A stretch of 64,000 bases of DNA from Macrostomum lignano (Eukaryota): positions 62,001 to 126,000 of the forward strand of contig NIVC01003052.1 in the NCBI GenBank assembly GCA_002269645.1, written 5' to 3'. A model generated the notes under the pieces. It was given only the letters and a program-made list of their open reading frames with translations. It was not told the DNA's origin and did no database searches. Below are positions 1 to 12,182 of the stretch, one piece after another. Each line of letters opens with the position of its first letter. Position 1 is the first letter of the stretch. Position numbers and translations under genes: made by a program.

Positions 1-742
1 GAGTACCCAGGTGTCTAGTAGAGTACCCAGGTGTCTAGTAGAGTACTCAGGTGTCTAGTAGAGTACCCAGGTGTCTAGTAGAGTACCCAGGTGTCTAGTA
101 GAGTACCCAGGGTGTCTAGTAGAGTGTCAGGGTGTCTAGTAGAGTACCAGGGTGTCTAGTAGAGTACCTGGATGTCTAGTAGAGTGCCAGGGTGTCTAGT
201 AGAGTGCCAAGGTGTCTAGTAAAGTGTCCAGGGTGTCTAGTAGAGGGCCATATGGTGTTTAGTATAGTGCCGGGGTGTCTAGTAGAGTGCCCAGGTGTCT
301 AGTAGAGTGCCAGGGTGTCTAGTAGAGTACCAGGGTGTCTAGTAGAGTACCTGGATGTCTAGTAGAGTGCCAGGGTGTCTAGTAGAGTGCCATATGGTGT
401 TTAGTAGAGTGCTCAGGTATCTAGTAGAGTGCCCAGGTGTCTAGTAGAGTACCCAGGAGTCTAGTAGAGTACCCAGGTGTCTAGTAGAGTACCCAGGTGT
501 CTAGTATAATGCCCAGGTGTCTAGTAGAGTGCCAGGGTGTCTAGTAGAGTGCCATATGGTGTTAAGTAGAGTGCCCAGGTGTCTAGTAAAGTAAAGTGCC
601 CAGGTATGTCTAGTAGAGTGCCAGGGTGTCTAACAGAGTGCTCAGGTATCTAGTAGAGTGCTCAGGTGTGTAGTAGAGTGCCCAGGTTTCTAGTAGAGTG
701 TCCAGGTGTCTATAGTAGAGTGCTCAGGTGTCTAGTAGAGTG
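1..742. repeat. Minisatellite, ~20-bp unit GAGTACCCAGGTGTCTAGTA (runs off window start)
   Basis: Direct tandem periodicity with diverging variants. Confidence 0.95.
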
Positions 743-1306
743 TGTTAAATTGCGTTTGTGAAGCATACGATAAGAATGCGAACTATAATATATATAGTTA
801 TAATTAAGTGATAAAAACTTCAATTAGTATTGAGGCTGGAGTAAATTTTTTATCTTCCTAATATCATCCTGCCTTTTACAGGTCATCCATCATTAGCATC
901 ATTAGGGCACGCAATCACTTTAGCCAAATGCCAAAAAAATGTTTCACGAACTTTAAGAAGCTAATCATTTTTTAGCCTGCTTAAAGTAAATGATTTGAAT
1001 AAATTTTCCGAGCCGTCAAAAGTGACGAGATGAACAGTAGCCAGTTGCTAACTGCATCTGTCGTTTTGTCGGATGGTTTAAGATTATGAATTTTATATTT
1101 CTCAGGCGTGTAAGTTTAATTAGCGCACGAGAGTTCGAGAGAGCAAAGCAGTCAGTTCAATTTTTAACATAAACGAATGGAATTTTACAGTCGTCTTAAT
1201 TTCAATTGTATAATAATAAAAAATCTGATTTGTTCTACTTAACAAAGTAGTGCCTTCGAAGTATTTCGTCACAATATATGTACACTGCCAATTACGCCTC
1301 TTATAG

Positions 1307-1602
<296 letters not shown>

Positions 1603-1672
1603 ACATAATACTATAAGTAGTTAAGAGTCAATAAACCGAGACTTCTACTGTACACCACAAGCCAAGTGCTGC

Positions 1673-2144
1673 TCAGTCATCCTCATCAAACTGCCGCTCA
1701 GTGACGCGAGTGGACGTCAGCGACACACGAGACAGATTCACTGGAGCGTCATCATCCTGAGCAGCCGCCCCCTCCTCTTTCTCTTCGATTGCGACATCGT
1801 CCCGATCGTCGGCTTCTCCGGGCTCCGACGGCATAACCGGCACGCGGAGGACATTCACATTGCTGCCGCTGTCGATGTCAAGATTGTCCGCTTCCGCTTC
1901 TGCCTCCGCCTCTTTCGGCGTCGATGGTAACGGATTCGACGCCTGTCGCGGGTCTGGACGGTCGTCGATGGGTTCGGCATTGTACTCGGCTTGCTTGCCT
2001 GAATCGCCCTGCACCTGCAGGCCAGAGGGTGCGGCGGCCCCCCTTCGACTCGACAGCGGAGTGACGATCGGCGCCACAGCGAAAGTCGAGCTGGAGGAAC
2101 CGGGGTTCGAGCTGACTTTGGCTGTGGCTGATTTTGACACAGAT
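1673..2144 (-). CDS. Gene A (unknown low-complexity protein, ~632 aa), terminal exon 5
   Basis: Acceptor cccacag|A at 2145/2144; the single A completes AG|A (Arg) from the phase-2 donor at 4570; open frame to TGA at 1675-1673. Confidence 0.65.
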
Positions 2145-2683
2145 CTGTGGGATGTGTGATGATGGATTCTGTGAGATGTGTGATGATGGATTCTGTGAGA
2201 TGTGTGATGATGGATTCTGTGAGATGTGTGATGATGGATTCTGTGAGATGTGTGATGATGGATTCTGTGAGATGTGTGATGATGGATTCTGTGAGATGTG
2301 TGATGATGGATTCTGTGGGATGTGTGATGATGGATTCTGTGAGATGTGTGATGATGGATTCTGTGAGATGTGTGATGATGGATTCTGTGAGATGTGTGAT
2401 GATGGATTCTGTGAGATGTGTGATGATGGATTCTGTGAGATGTGTGATGATGGATTCTGTGAGATGTGTGATGATGGATTCTGTGAGATGTGTGATGATG
2501 GATTCTGTGAGATGTGTGATGATGGATTCTGTGAGATGTGTGATGATGGATTCTGTGAGATGTGTGATGATGGATTCTGTGAGATGTGTGATGATGGATT
2601 CTGTGAGATGTGTGATGATGGATTCTGTGAGATGTGTGATGATGGATTCTGTGAGATGTGTGATGATGGATTCTGTGAGATGT
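2145..2683. repeat. 24-bp minisatellite GATGTGTGATGATGGATTCTGTGA (~22 copies), 3' end of gene A intron 4
   Basis: Exact tandem periodicity; last unit supplies the splice acceptor AG. Confidence 0.97.
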
Positions 2684-2961
2684 CTGACTGTCAACCTGTT
2701 AGATTTGACTGCCAACCTGTTAGATTTGACTGCCAACCTGTTAGATCTGACTGTCAACCTGTTAGATCTGGCTGTCAACCTGTTAGATCTGACTGTCAAC
2801 CTGTTAGATTTGACTGTCAACCTGTTAGATTTGACTGTCAACCTGCTAGATTTGACTGTCAACCTGTTAGATTTGACTGTCAACCTGTTAGATTTGACTG
2901 TTAACCTGCTAGATTTGACTGTCAACCTGTTAGATCTGACTGTCAACCTGTTAGATCTGGC
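2684..2961. repeat. 21-bp minisatellite CTGTCAACCTGTTAGATTTGA (~13 copies)
   Basis: Tandem periodicity. Confidence 0.95.
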
Positions 2962-3371
2962 TATCTACATCTACATAACTGATATAATTGACTAATGTAA
3001 TATCAAGTATTTTTAAGACCTCTCTCCCACTCAGAATTATGGTCATCAGCGCTCATTTATAATTCATACATAAATCAATGCAAGTCCCCTAATCGAAGCA
3101 AGAGCACTAATTGTGGCTTAGAGATGCAACACCAGCCTTAAGAGCCCTAAGCATATCCCCTCACGAGGACAAATGCATCACCTTATTAGAGGAATTGAGC
3201 CTGGTCTGGGGTGCTCATTTCTTCACGAACGTAGGGCTGTTTTTTACATAAATTATTCGATGCTATTGGCTGAGACTGGAGCAAAGTCTACAAAATTGTA
3301 CCATGAGAAATAAACAGCATTGACACACAACGGGCATCGGATACCGGATACTGATTAATAGTTAGATAATT

Positions 3372-4537
3372 AAAGATTGGGATAGATAGAGATTAGGATA
3401 GATACAGATTGGGATACATAGAGATTGGGATACATAGAGATTGGGATACATAGAGATTGGGATACATAGAGATTGGGATACATAGAGATTGGGATACATA
3501 GTTTGGGATACATAGAGATTGGGATACATAGATCGGGATACATAGAGATTGGGATACATAGATTGGGATACATAGATTGGGATACATAGATCGGGATACA
3601 TAGAGATTGGGATACATAGAGATTGGGATACATAGTTTGGGATACATAGATCGGGATACATAGAGATTGGGATACATAGATTGGGATACATAGATCGGGA
3701 TACATAGATTGGGATACATAGATCGGGATACATAGATTTGGATACATAGAGATTGGGATTATATAGAGATTGGGATAGAAAGAGATTGGGATGGATAGAG
3801 ATTGGGATAGACAGAGATCGAGATAGATAGAGATTGGGATAGATAGAGATTGGGATACATAGAGATTGGGATACATAGTTTGGGATACATAGATCGGGAT
3901 ACATAGAGATTGGGATACATAGAGATTGGGATACATAGATTGGGATACATAGATCGGGATACATAGATTGGGATACATAGATCGGGATACATAGATTTGG
4001 ATACATAGAGATTGGGATTATATAGAGATTGGGATACATAGAGATTGGGATAGAAAGAGATTGGGATGGATAGAGATTGGGATAGACAGAGATCGAGATA
4101 GATAGAGATTGGGATAGATAGAGATTGGGATAGATAGAGATTGGGATAGATAGAGATAGGGATTAGATAGAGATTGGGATAGATAGAGATAGGGATTAGA
4201 TAGAGATTGGGATAGATAGAGATTGGGATGGATAGAGATTGGGATAGATAGAGATAGGGATTAGATAGAGATTGGGATAGATAGAGATAGGGATTAGATA
4301 GAGATTGGGATAGATAGAGATAGGGATTAGATAGAGATTGGGATAGATAGAGATTGGGATGGATAGAGATTGGGATAGATAGAGATCAGGATAGATAGAG
4401 ATTGGGATGGATAGAGATTGGGATAGATAGAGATCAGGATAGATAGAGATTGGGATGGATAGAGATTGGGATAGATAGAGATCAGGATAGATAGAGATTG
4501 GGATTAGATGGAGATTGGGATAGATGGAGATCAGGAT
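3372..4537. repeat. ~14-16-bp minisatellite GAGATTGGGATA(CA/GA)TA in gene A intron 4
   Basis: Tandem periodicity with variants. Confidence 0.93.
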
Positions 4538-4569
4538 AAAGTCAGGAAAGAGTTCACCAAATATCTCAC

Positions 4570-5099
4570 CTGCCCGTGGCAATTTTGCCAGTCGGTTTCT
4601 GCTTTCTTCTCGGACTGCTTTGCTTCGCTGTCTGTTGCAGTGGAATCTGCTTCTGCTCGGGCTTTTCCTGTTGTTGCTCCTGCGAGACTGGCTCTGGGCC
4701 GCTGCTGTGAGCAGCTTCCGGCTGTTTACCTTGGCGCTTTTGTAGTTTCGGCAACAATTGCTTTTGTAGTTGCTGCTGCTGCTCCTGTTGCTGCTGCTGC
4801 TGCTCCTGCTGCTGCAGAATCAGCAAGAGGTCGCGCAGACTCATGGGCAGCCTGGCCTGACGACCCTCAACACTTAGGAAACGGTTTTCCAACGATCTTG
4901 AGAATCGTTTTGCGTGAAACACTGCGGACGCTTTCAAAGGTGAACGCGCGGTGCCAGAGGCTGCACGAACTTTTGCTAGAACTTCTTCGGCTTCAGATTC
5001 TGCAAGACTTGCTTCTTCTTGCTGTTGCTGCTGTTGGCGTTGTTTAGTTTCGTCGCTTTCTTGGTTTGTTGCAGACTTTTGAGTCGAAGTTTCCAGAAT
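4570..5099 (-). CDS. Gene A exon 4 (Q/E-rich)
   Basis: Acceptor tttttag|ATT at 5100/5099, donor CAG|GTGAG at 4570/4569; open frame ILETSTQK...IATGR; 530 nt, phase 0 to phase 2. Confidence 0.65.
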
Positions 5100-5139
5100 C
5101 TAAAAATTGAGGGAAACCAGAAGCCATCAGACGCCGGAA

Positions 5140-5420
5140 GCAATCAGAAACCGGAAGTGAATGGAGATATAAGAAACCGGAAGTCAGAGTAACCGGAAGT
5201 CATTAAGAACCAGTAACCGGAAGTCAGAGTAACCGGAAGTCATTAAAAACCAGTAACCGGAAGTCATCAAGAACCGGTAACCGGAAGTCATTAAAAACCA
5301 GTAACCGGAAGTCATCAAGAACCAGTAACCGGAAGTCATCAAGAACCAGTAACCGGAAGCCATCAAGAACCTTTGTCGGTTCCGGAAGTAACCGGAAGTC
5401 ATTAAGAACCGTTAACCGGT
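5140..5420. repeat. ~24-bp minisatellite AACCGGAAGTCATYAAGAACCAGT in gene A intron 3
   Basis: Tandem periodicity. Confidence 0.9.
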
Positions 5421-5519
5421 AGTCGGTAGTCTTAGAGAATTGAGACCCGGAAATGATGACAGATAAGGGAAATCCGAAACCTGATTTTTGATTCTTAGAA
5501 TCTAAAAAAGGACACGAAC

Positions 5520-5990
5520 CTTGACCGCCGGATCCCGGAGTTGAGCTGCCCAGGACAGGTGCACTCCAGACTCCGCTGGCTGACTGGACAGCCTGGCCGA
5601 GTGGTAGCTCAGCCGCCTCTGCGCTCTCAACTCGGGCGTATCGGCCCATGCAGCCTTCAAATTGAGGCTTCGGCCGTTCTGGCCAACCCGGACAGAAGCG
5701 CCGTCAACGCTGTCGGAAATGACGCAGCCGCTGGTGCAGCGGACGGAGCCGCAGTCTTTGCCTCCACGGCCAGTCAGCTGGGCAATGTCGCGGCTTCGAT
5801 AAATTGGAGCGCTTTGATCTTTGTCGGCCTTTGTCCGATTGCCAAGCGGATTGGTCTCGGGCAGCCAGTAGCTCTGCAGCAGCAGGCCGCTGCCTTCGAA
5901 GGCTAGGAGACTGCGGCGGAGGTCTACGGAGACTTCTACTGGCCGCTGCGGCGAGGAGAACAGCTCAACAGGATGCGGCGGAGACGGCTG
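5520..5990 (-). CDS. Gene A exon 3
   Basis: Acceptor ctctcag|CAG (NAGNAG), donor AAG|GTTCGT; 471 nt, phase 0 to 0, matching neighbouring exons. Confidence 0.6.
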
Positions 5991-6012
5991 CTGAGAGGAG
6001 GAGGCGGGGCAT

Positions 6013-6047
6013 ATGATGGTGATCATCATGATGATGATGGTGATGGA

Positions 6048-6078
<31 letters not shown>

Positions 6079-6124
6079 GTGATGATGGTGATGATGGTGA
6101 TGGTGATGATGGTGATCATGATGG

Positions 6125-6161
<37 letters not shown>

Positions 6162-6225
6162 GATGGTGATGATGATGGTGGTGATGGTGATGGTGATGAT
6201 GATGGTGATGATGATGGTGATGATT

Positions 6226-6258
<33 letters not shown>

Positions 6259-6259
6259 G

Positions 6260-6303
<44 letters not shown>

Positions 6304-6525
6304 GTGGTGATGATGATGGTGATGATGATGGTGATGATGACGGTGATGATCATGATCATGATGATGATGATGATGGTGATTATGATGATGGTGATGATGA
6401 TAATGGTGATCATGATGATGATGATGATGATGATGGTATTCATGATGATGATGATGATGGTGATCATGATGATGATGATGATGATGATGGTGATCATGAT
6501 GATGATGATGATGATGATGGTGATC

Positions 6526-6611
<86 letters not shown>

Positions 6612-6662
6612 GGTGATGATGATGATGGCTATATGATGATGATGATGGTGTTGATGATGGTG
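6013..6662. repeat. (GAT/GGT)n trinucleotide tract in gene A intron 2
   Basis: Direct; the poly-D, poly-M and poly-I ORFs are artefacts. Confidence 0.97.
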
Positions 6663-7110
6663 TAATCTATCAAGTCATGTGATTTCATTTCATGTCATGT
6701 AAATTTGATATCATGTAATTCGATATCATTTTATGAGAAAAATTATTTGATAATATAATTGAAAGATTATAAAAGAGATAATGCGAATAAGATGGATGAT
6801 AATGAGGAGATGACAGATCAGTTGTAGGCAGATCAGATGAACAGCAAAGAAAACAATATTTAGGCCAAAGACTCAGGCAAGAGCGAAAGCAAAAAATATT
6901 TCCAAAATGAAGAGAAACCTGCCGCTAATCTATAGAAACAAATGCGAAAAAACAACACGCAGTGGCATTAGCGGTGAGGATGCAAGAGCATGGCCAAGTG
7001 ATGGGGATAAAGGGTGTCGAATTTCGGACGCTGGAGCAGCATTCGGCAGCAGACGGCCGAGCGCGTCACGCTGGGGAGTGGCTTTAAGGATACTCGGTAT
7101 TTAGCAGCAC

Positions 7111-7173
7111 CTGTGCCCGTTGGGACGCTAAAAAGAATCCCCTCCGACACCCCAGATCCCATAGGGCCTGCAT
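7111..7173 (-). CDS. Gene A small exon 2 (MQALWDLGCRRGFFLASQRAQ)
   Basis: Acceptor ctcacag|ATG, donor CAG|GTGCTG, 63 nt phase 0 to 0; inferred from splice-phase fit only. Confidence 0.4.
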
Positions 7174-7239
7174 CTGTGAGCCATCTGCCCGAAAGATAAT
7201 GAGCAGGTCTACTCAGGACGGAAAATCAGTTTGCTGACA

Positions 7240-7324
7240 GTGACAGACAAAAAGACAGACGGACAGACAGACAGACAGACAAAAAGACAGACGGACAGAC
7301 AGACACACAGACAGACAGACAGGC

Positions 7325-7369
<45 letters not shown>

Positions 7370-7372
7370 GGC

Positions 7373-7441
<69 letters not shown>

Positions 7442-7484
7442 GGCAGACAGACAGACAGACAGACAGACAGACAGGCAGACAGGC

Positions 7485-7577
<93 letters not shown>

Positions 7578-7604
7578 GGCAGGCAGAAAGACAGACAGGC
7601 AGGC

Positions 7605-7669
<65 letters not shown>

Positions 7670-7720
7670 GGCAGACAGACAGGCAGACAGACAGACAGAC
7701 AGACAGACAGACAGGCAGGC

Positions 7721-7763
<43 letters not shown>
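7240..7763. repeat. (GACA)n microsatellite in gene A intron 1
   Basis: Direct. Confidence 0.97.
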
Positions 7764-7764
<1 letters not shown>

Positions 7765-7825
7765 TCGCAAGTCCAGCCATCCCCCAGCAACTCAGCTTTG
7801 TCACAAACAGCTAGCAGAAAATTAC

Positions 7826-8188
7826 CTTTTGAACCGGACGAGCCCGTGACTTCTCCGTCGGCCCCCTGTCTAGCTCTTCCTCATCAACGAATCGGCTGCT
7901 GCTCCTGCCGCTCAGACAGAGGAACCGCCTCTTCTCCCGGTCTTCATCAAAATCTGCTTCCGCCTTCTGCTTGTTCAGCCGAGTCTTCTGTCCAACGGCG
8001 CTTCGAGTCCCGACAGCGGCCGAAGCTTCGAGTCTGTCGCCTCTGCTGCCCAGACTCCTGAGTCCCTGATGAGCAAAAAATCTTCTGTTCGTAGCCAAGC
8101 CGAGCTTTAAGTCGTCGAATTTCGGCAACGGCCGGTGCGCGTGATGCCTGTGCCGCTCGCGGTGACTCGTTGAGGTGACTGCAGTCAT
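7826..8188 (-). CDS. Gene A exon 1 (MTAVTSTSHRE...PVQK)
   Basis: ATG at 8188, GC-rich open frame, strong donor AAG|GTAATT phase 0. Confidence 0.6.
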
Positions 8189-8544
8189 GACAAACTAACT
8201 CAGCCTTTGCCTTGCTCTCCTGTGTTTACTCATTGAGTTCTGGCGCTGGCAATTGTGTCGCTAGATAGTTTATTTATAATTTGATAAGAGAGACACAGAA
8301 TCGCAGAAAACGAGAAAAGGTAGAGAGAGAGGCAGAGATAAAGGCTTGCTTGCCAACCTCGTCGCTAAGAGTAACTCATTCATCGGACTTGTCAAGGAAT
8401 TCGATTAGAAAATTCTGGAGTGGAAAACTCTTGTAACATAATCATAGCTTCCGGTTTGGGCAAACCAGGGGTCGGAAAACTCCGGCATTCGGGTCCTTTG
8501 AAACTTCTCAGTTGCAATCCGGCCTGCTCAAGGTTTGTGTCTCT

Positions 8545-9570
8545 TCTCAGCTCTCTTCTCTTTTTTCTCTCCCCTTATCTCCCTCTGCTCTCTTTCTTCT
8601 ACCCTCTCCTCCCTCCCCTCCTCTCCCCTCTCCTCTCTCCCCTCCTCTCCTCTCTCCTCTCTCCTCTCCTCTCCCCTCTCCTCTCTCCCCTCCTCTCCCC
8701 TCTCCTCTCTTCCCTCCTCTCTCCCCTCCTCTCTTCCCTCCTCTCTCCCCTCCACTCTCCCTCCTCTCCCCTCTCCTCTCTCCCTCCTCTCCCCTCTCCT
8801 CTCTTCCCTCCTCTCTCCCCTCCACTCTCCCCTCCTCTTCCCTCTCCTCTCTCCCCTCCTCTCCCCTCTCCTCTCTTCCCTCCTCTCCCCTCTCCTCTCT
8901 TCCCTCCTCTCCCCTCTCCTCTCTTCCCTCCTCTCCCTCTCCTCTCTTCCCTCCTCTCCCCTCTCTTCTCTCCCCTCCTCTCCCCTCTCCTCTCTCCCCT
9001 CCTCTCCCCTCTCCTCTCTCCCCTCCTCTCTCCCCTCCACTCTCCCTCCTCCCCCCTCTCCTCTCTTCCCTCCTCTCCCCTCTCTTCTCTCCCCTCCTCT
9101 CCCCTCTCCTCTCTTCCCTCCTCTCCCCTCTCCTCTCTTCCCTCCTCTCCCCTCTCCTCTCTTCCCTCCTCTCCCCTCTCCTCTCTTCCCTCCTCTCCCC
9201 TCTCCTCTCTTCCCTCCTCTCCCCTCTCCTCTCTCCCCTCCTCTCCCCTCTCCCCTCCTCTCCCCTCTCCTCTCTTCCCTCCTCTCCCCTCTCCTCTCTT
9301 CCCTCCTCTCCCAGCTCCTCTCTCCCCTCCTCTCCCCTCTCCCTCCCCTCCTCTTCCCTCTCCTCTCTTCCCTCCTCTCCCCTCTCCTCTCTCCCCTCCT
9401 CTCCCCTCTCCTCTCCCAGCTCCTCCCTCCCCTCCACTCTCCCCTCCACTCTCACCTCCTCTCCCATCTCCCCTCTCCTCTCTCCCCTCCTCTCTCCACT
9501 CCTCCCCTCTTTCCTCTCTCCCTCTTTCCCCTCCTTCTCTCCCCTCCTCTCCCATATCTCCTTTCCTCTC
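8545..9570. repeat. ~1-kb pure polypyrimidine/polypurine (CT-rich) tract
   Basis: Almost only C/T on the + strand, with CTCTCCCCT-type subunits. Confidence 0.95.
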
Positions 9571-10011
9571 TGTCATAAGGGCCAGAATTGCCACTCTAGA
9601 ATATAGCTTTGGTTTTCTTCGGCCTTGCATAGATGCATTAATGACGAACAGCGGAGAGAGACTCATTTTGTGTAGCTTTTTTGTCTGGTCAGAAATTTTC
9701 CGACGGCAAAACATTTGAGGCAATGAGCACTTTCTGTTGTTAGCTCTCCACTTCGCTCTCAAACTGGCCCGCCCGAACCCATGCAGCCCCCCCCCCCAAC
9801 TGCAGCACCCTTGAGACTTGAATACTTCAGCATTAAGAGCCTCTGTTCCCGCAGGGATGGGAGCTAATCATTAACTACTGCTTCTGTTTGCTTGAAGCTT
9901 ATTTAATGCTTTATTTGTAATGCTTCATCAATGCTTTATTACAAATATAATTTATATGACTAGATTCTAACTTGATTCTAATAAATTCAACAAACAATCC
10001 AATCAATATGA

Positions 10012-11208
10012 CACATCTAATCTATAAGTTCATACATTTCACATCTAATCGATCAGTCATATCCCATCTAATCTATCAGTCATGTCACATCTAATCTATC
10101 AGTCATCTCACATCTAATCTATCAGTCATCTCACATCTAATCTATCAGTCATGTCCCAACTAATCTATCAGTCATGTCACATCTAATCTATCAGTCATGT
10201 CACATCTAATCTATCAGTCATGTCCCATCTAATCTATCAGTCATCTCACATCTAATCTATCAGTCATGTCCCATCTGATCTATCAGTCATGTCACATCTA
10301 ATCTATCCGTCATGTCACATCTGATCTATCAGTCATGTCCCATCTGATCTATCCGTCATGTCACATCTAATCTATCAGTCATCTCACATCTAATCTATCA
10401 GTCATCTCACATCTAATCTATCAGTCATGTCACATCTAATCTATCCGTCATGTCACATCTGATCTATCAGTCATGTCCCATCTGATCTATCCGTCATGTC
10501 ACATCTAATCTATCAGTCATCTCACATCTAATCTATCAGTCATCTCACATCTAATCTATCAGTCATCTCACATCTAATCTATCAGTCATGTCACATCTAA
10601 TCTATCAGTCATGTCCCATCTGATCTATCAGTCATGTCACATCTAATCTATCCGTCATGTCACATCTGATCTATCAGTCATGTCCCATCTGATCTATCCG
10701 TCATGTCACATCTAATCTATCAGTCATCTCACATCTAATCTATCAGTCATCTCACATCTAATCTATCAGTCATGTCACATCTAATCTATCCGTCATGTCA
10801 CATCTGATCTATCAGTCATGTCCCATCTGATCTATCCGTCATGTCACATCTAATCTATCAGTCATCTCACATCTAATCTATCAGTCATCTCACATCTAAT
10901 CTATCAGTCATCTCACATCTAATCTATCAGTCATGTCACATCTAATCTATCAGTCATGTCCCATCTGATCTATCAGTCATGTCACATCTAATCTATCAGT
11001 CATGTCCCATCTGATCTATCAGTCATGTCACATCTAATCTACCAGTCATGTCACATCTAATCTATCAGTCATGTCCCATCTGATCTATCAGTCATGTCAC
11101 ATCTAATCTAGCAGTCATCTCACATCTAATCTATCAGTCATGTCACATCTAATCTATCACTCATCTCACATCTGATCTATCACTCATCTCACATCTGATC
11201 TATCAGTC
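10012..11208. repeat. 23-bp minisatellite ACATCTAATCTATCAGTCATGTC
   Basis: Tandem periodicity with higher-order variant blocks. Confidence 0.95.
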
Positions 11209-11904
11209 TTCTGATAGATCAGATCTATCAGATCTCTGCATTTTAAAGTTGTTTGTAACCTAAGATTAAAAAACCAATTTTTTTTCCTAAAAGCAAATTT
11301 TAGCTAATTGAAAAGCTGGAAAATTAATTAATATAATTTTTTTCCGAAGTACCGCTATTTTGACTTGAACTTCATCAATTAGTCTTTGTCTTTTGGATTG
11401 AAGCAAATTGCTTCAGATAAAAAGGTAATCATAATCAATTCGCATGCATAATAGAGACTGGAAATCTAGCTGAGTTCTGCATAAAATTTGGGATTCAGGT
11501 CTATACCTCCTAGTGGGCGAAAGCATCCCACATGCACGCAGGCACGCACACGCTCACACAGGGTGCACAGCAGCTAGCCCATTGACTTTCTGATCATCGG
11601 GCATGATGTAAAATGTAAAAAAAGTACATTTAGCAATTTGCGGAGAAAAAGATTAGCAGACCTTGAGAAAATTAATTTTTCTTGTCAGAATTATAACGCG
11701 AATGGACAGAAAAAATGTTCTGAATTTGCGTTCAGTGGGTGTGGACTTTCAATTTCAGCTGCGGTTGAGGACAGACGAGCATTTAATTAGTTTCTGAGGA
11801 TCTCGTAGGCTCCAGCCAAAACAGCCATGCATTTAGAGACCCATCTCGACAGGCAAATTCGGTCAAGTATAAAATCTTTGCTTGCTTGCCTAGCACACTT
11901 GGAC

Positions 11905-12143
11905 CATGGATGAATAATATAACTGGATCGCCAGAAGCTCGATTTTTTGGTCCTAGCCATGGACAAGCACCAGCATCACAAGAAGCTCAGAATGCCGTAC
12001 TTTCAAATAAATACTTATAAATTAAGGTATCTGTCTATGTGTGAAAGTACGGCATTCTGAGCTTCTTGTGATGCTGGTGCTTGTCTATGGCTAGGACCAA
12101 AAAAATCGAGCTTCTGGCGATCCAGTTATATTATTCATCCATG
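11905..12143. repeat. Near-perfect long inverted repeat (101/102-bp arms, 36-bp loop)
   Basis: 11905-12005 is the reverse complement of 12042-12143 with one mismatch and a 1-nt indel. Confidence 0.92.
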
Positions 12144-12182
12144 TCTTGGACCCGTTGACCTAATTTCTCTAACAATTAAACA

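Noticed and set aside
3372-4537. Telomere-like repeat (ATTGGG here; TTGAGGG at 62895-64000)
   Set aside because: Units are 14-20 bp with non-telomeric sequence and there are no TTAGGG runs.
4508-5047. Plus-strand 179-aa ORF, and 5541-5906
   Set aside because: Antisense shadows of gene A exons; the minus frame has consistent splice sites.
8065-8100. CTGATGA motif as a hammerhead core
   Set aside because: No downstream GAAA or stems; lies within gene A coding exon 1.
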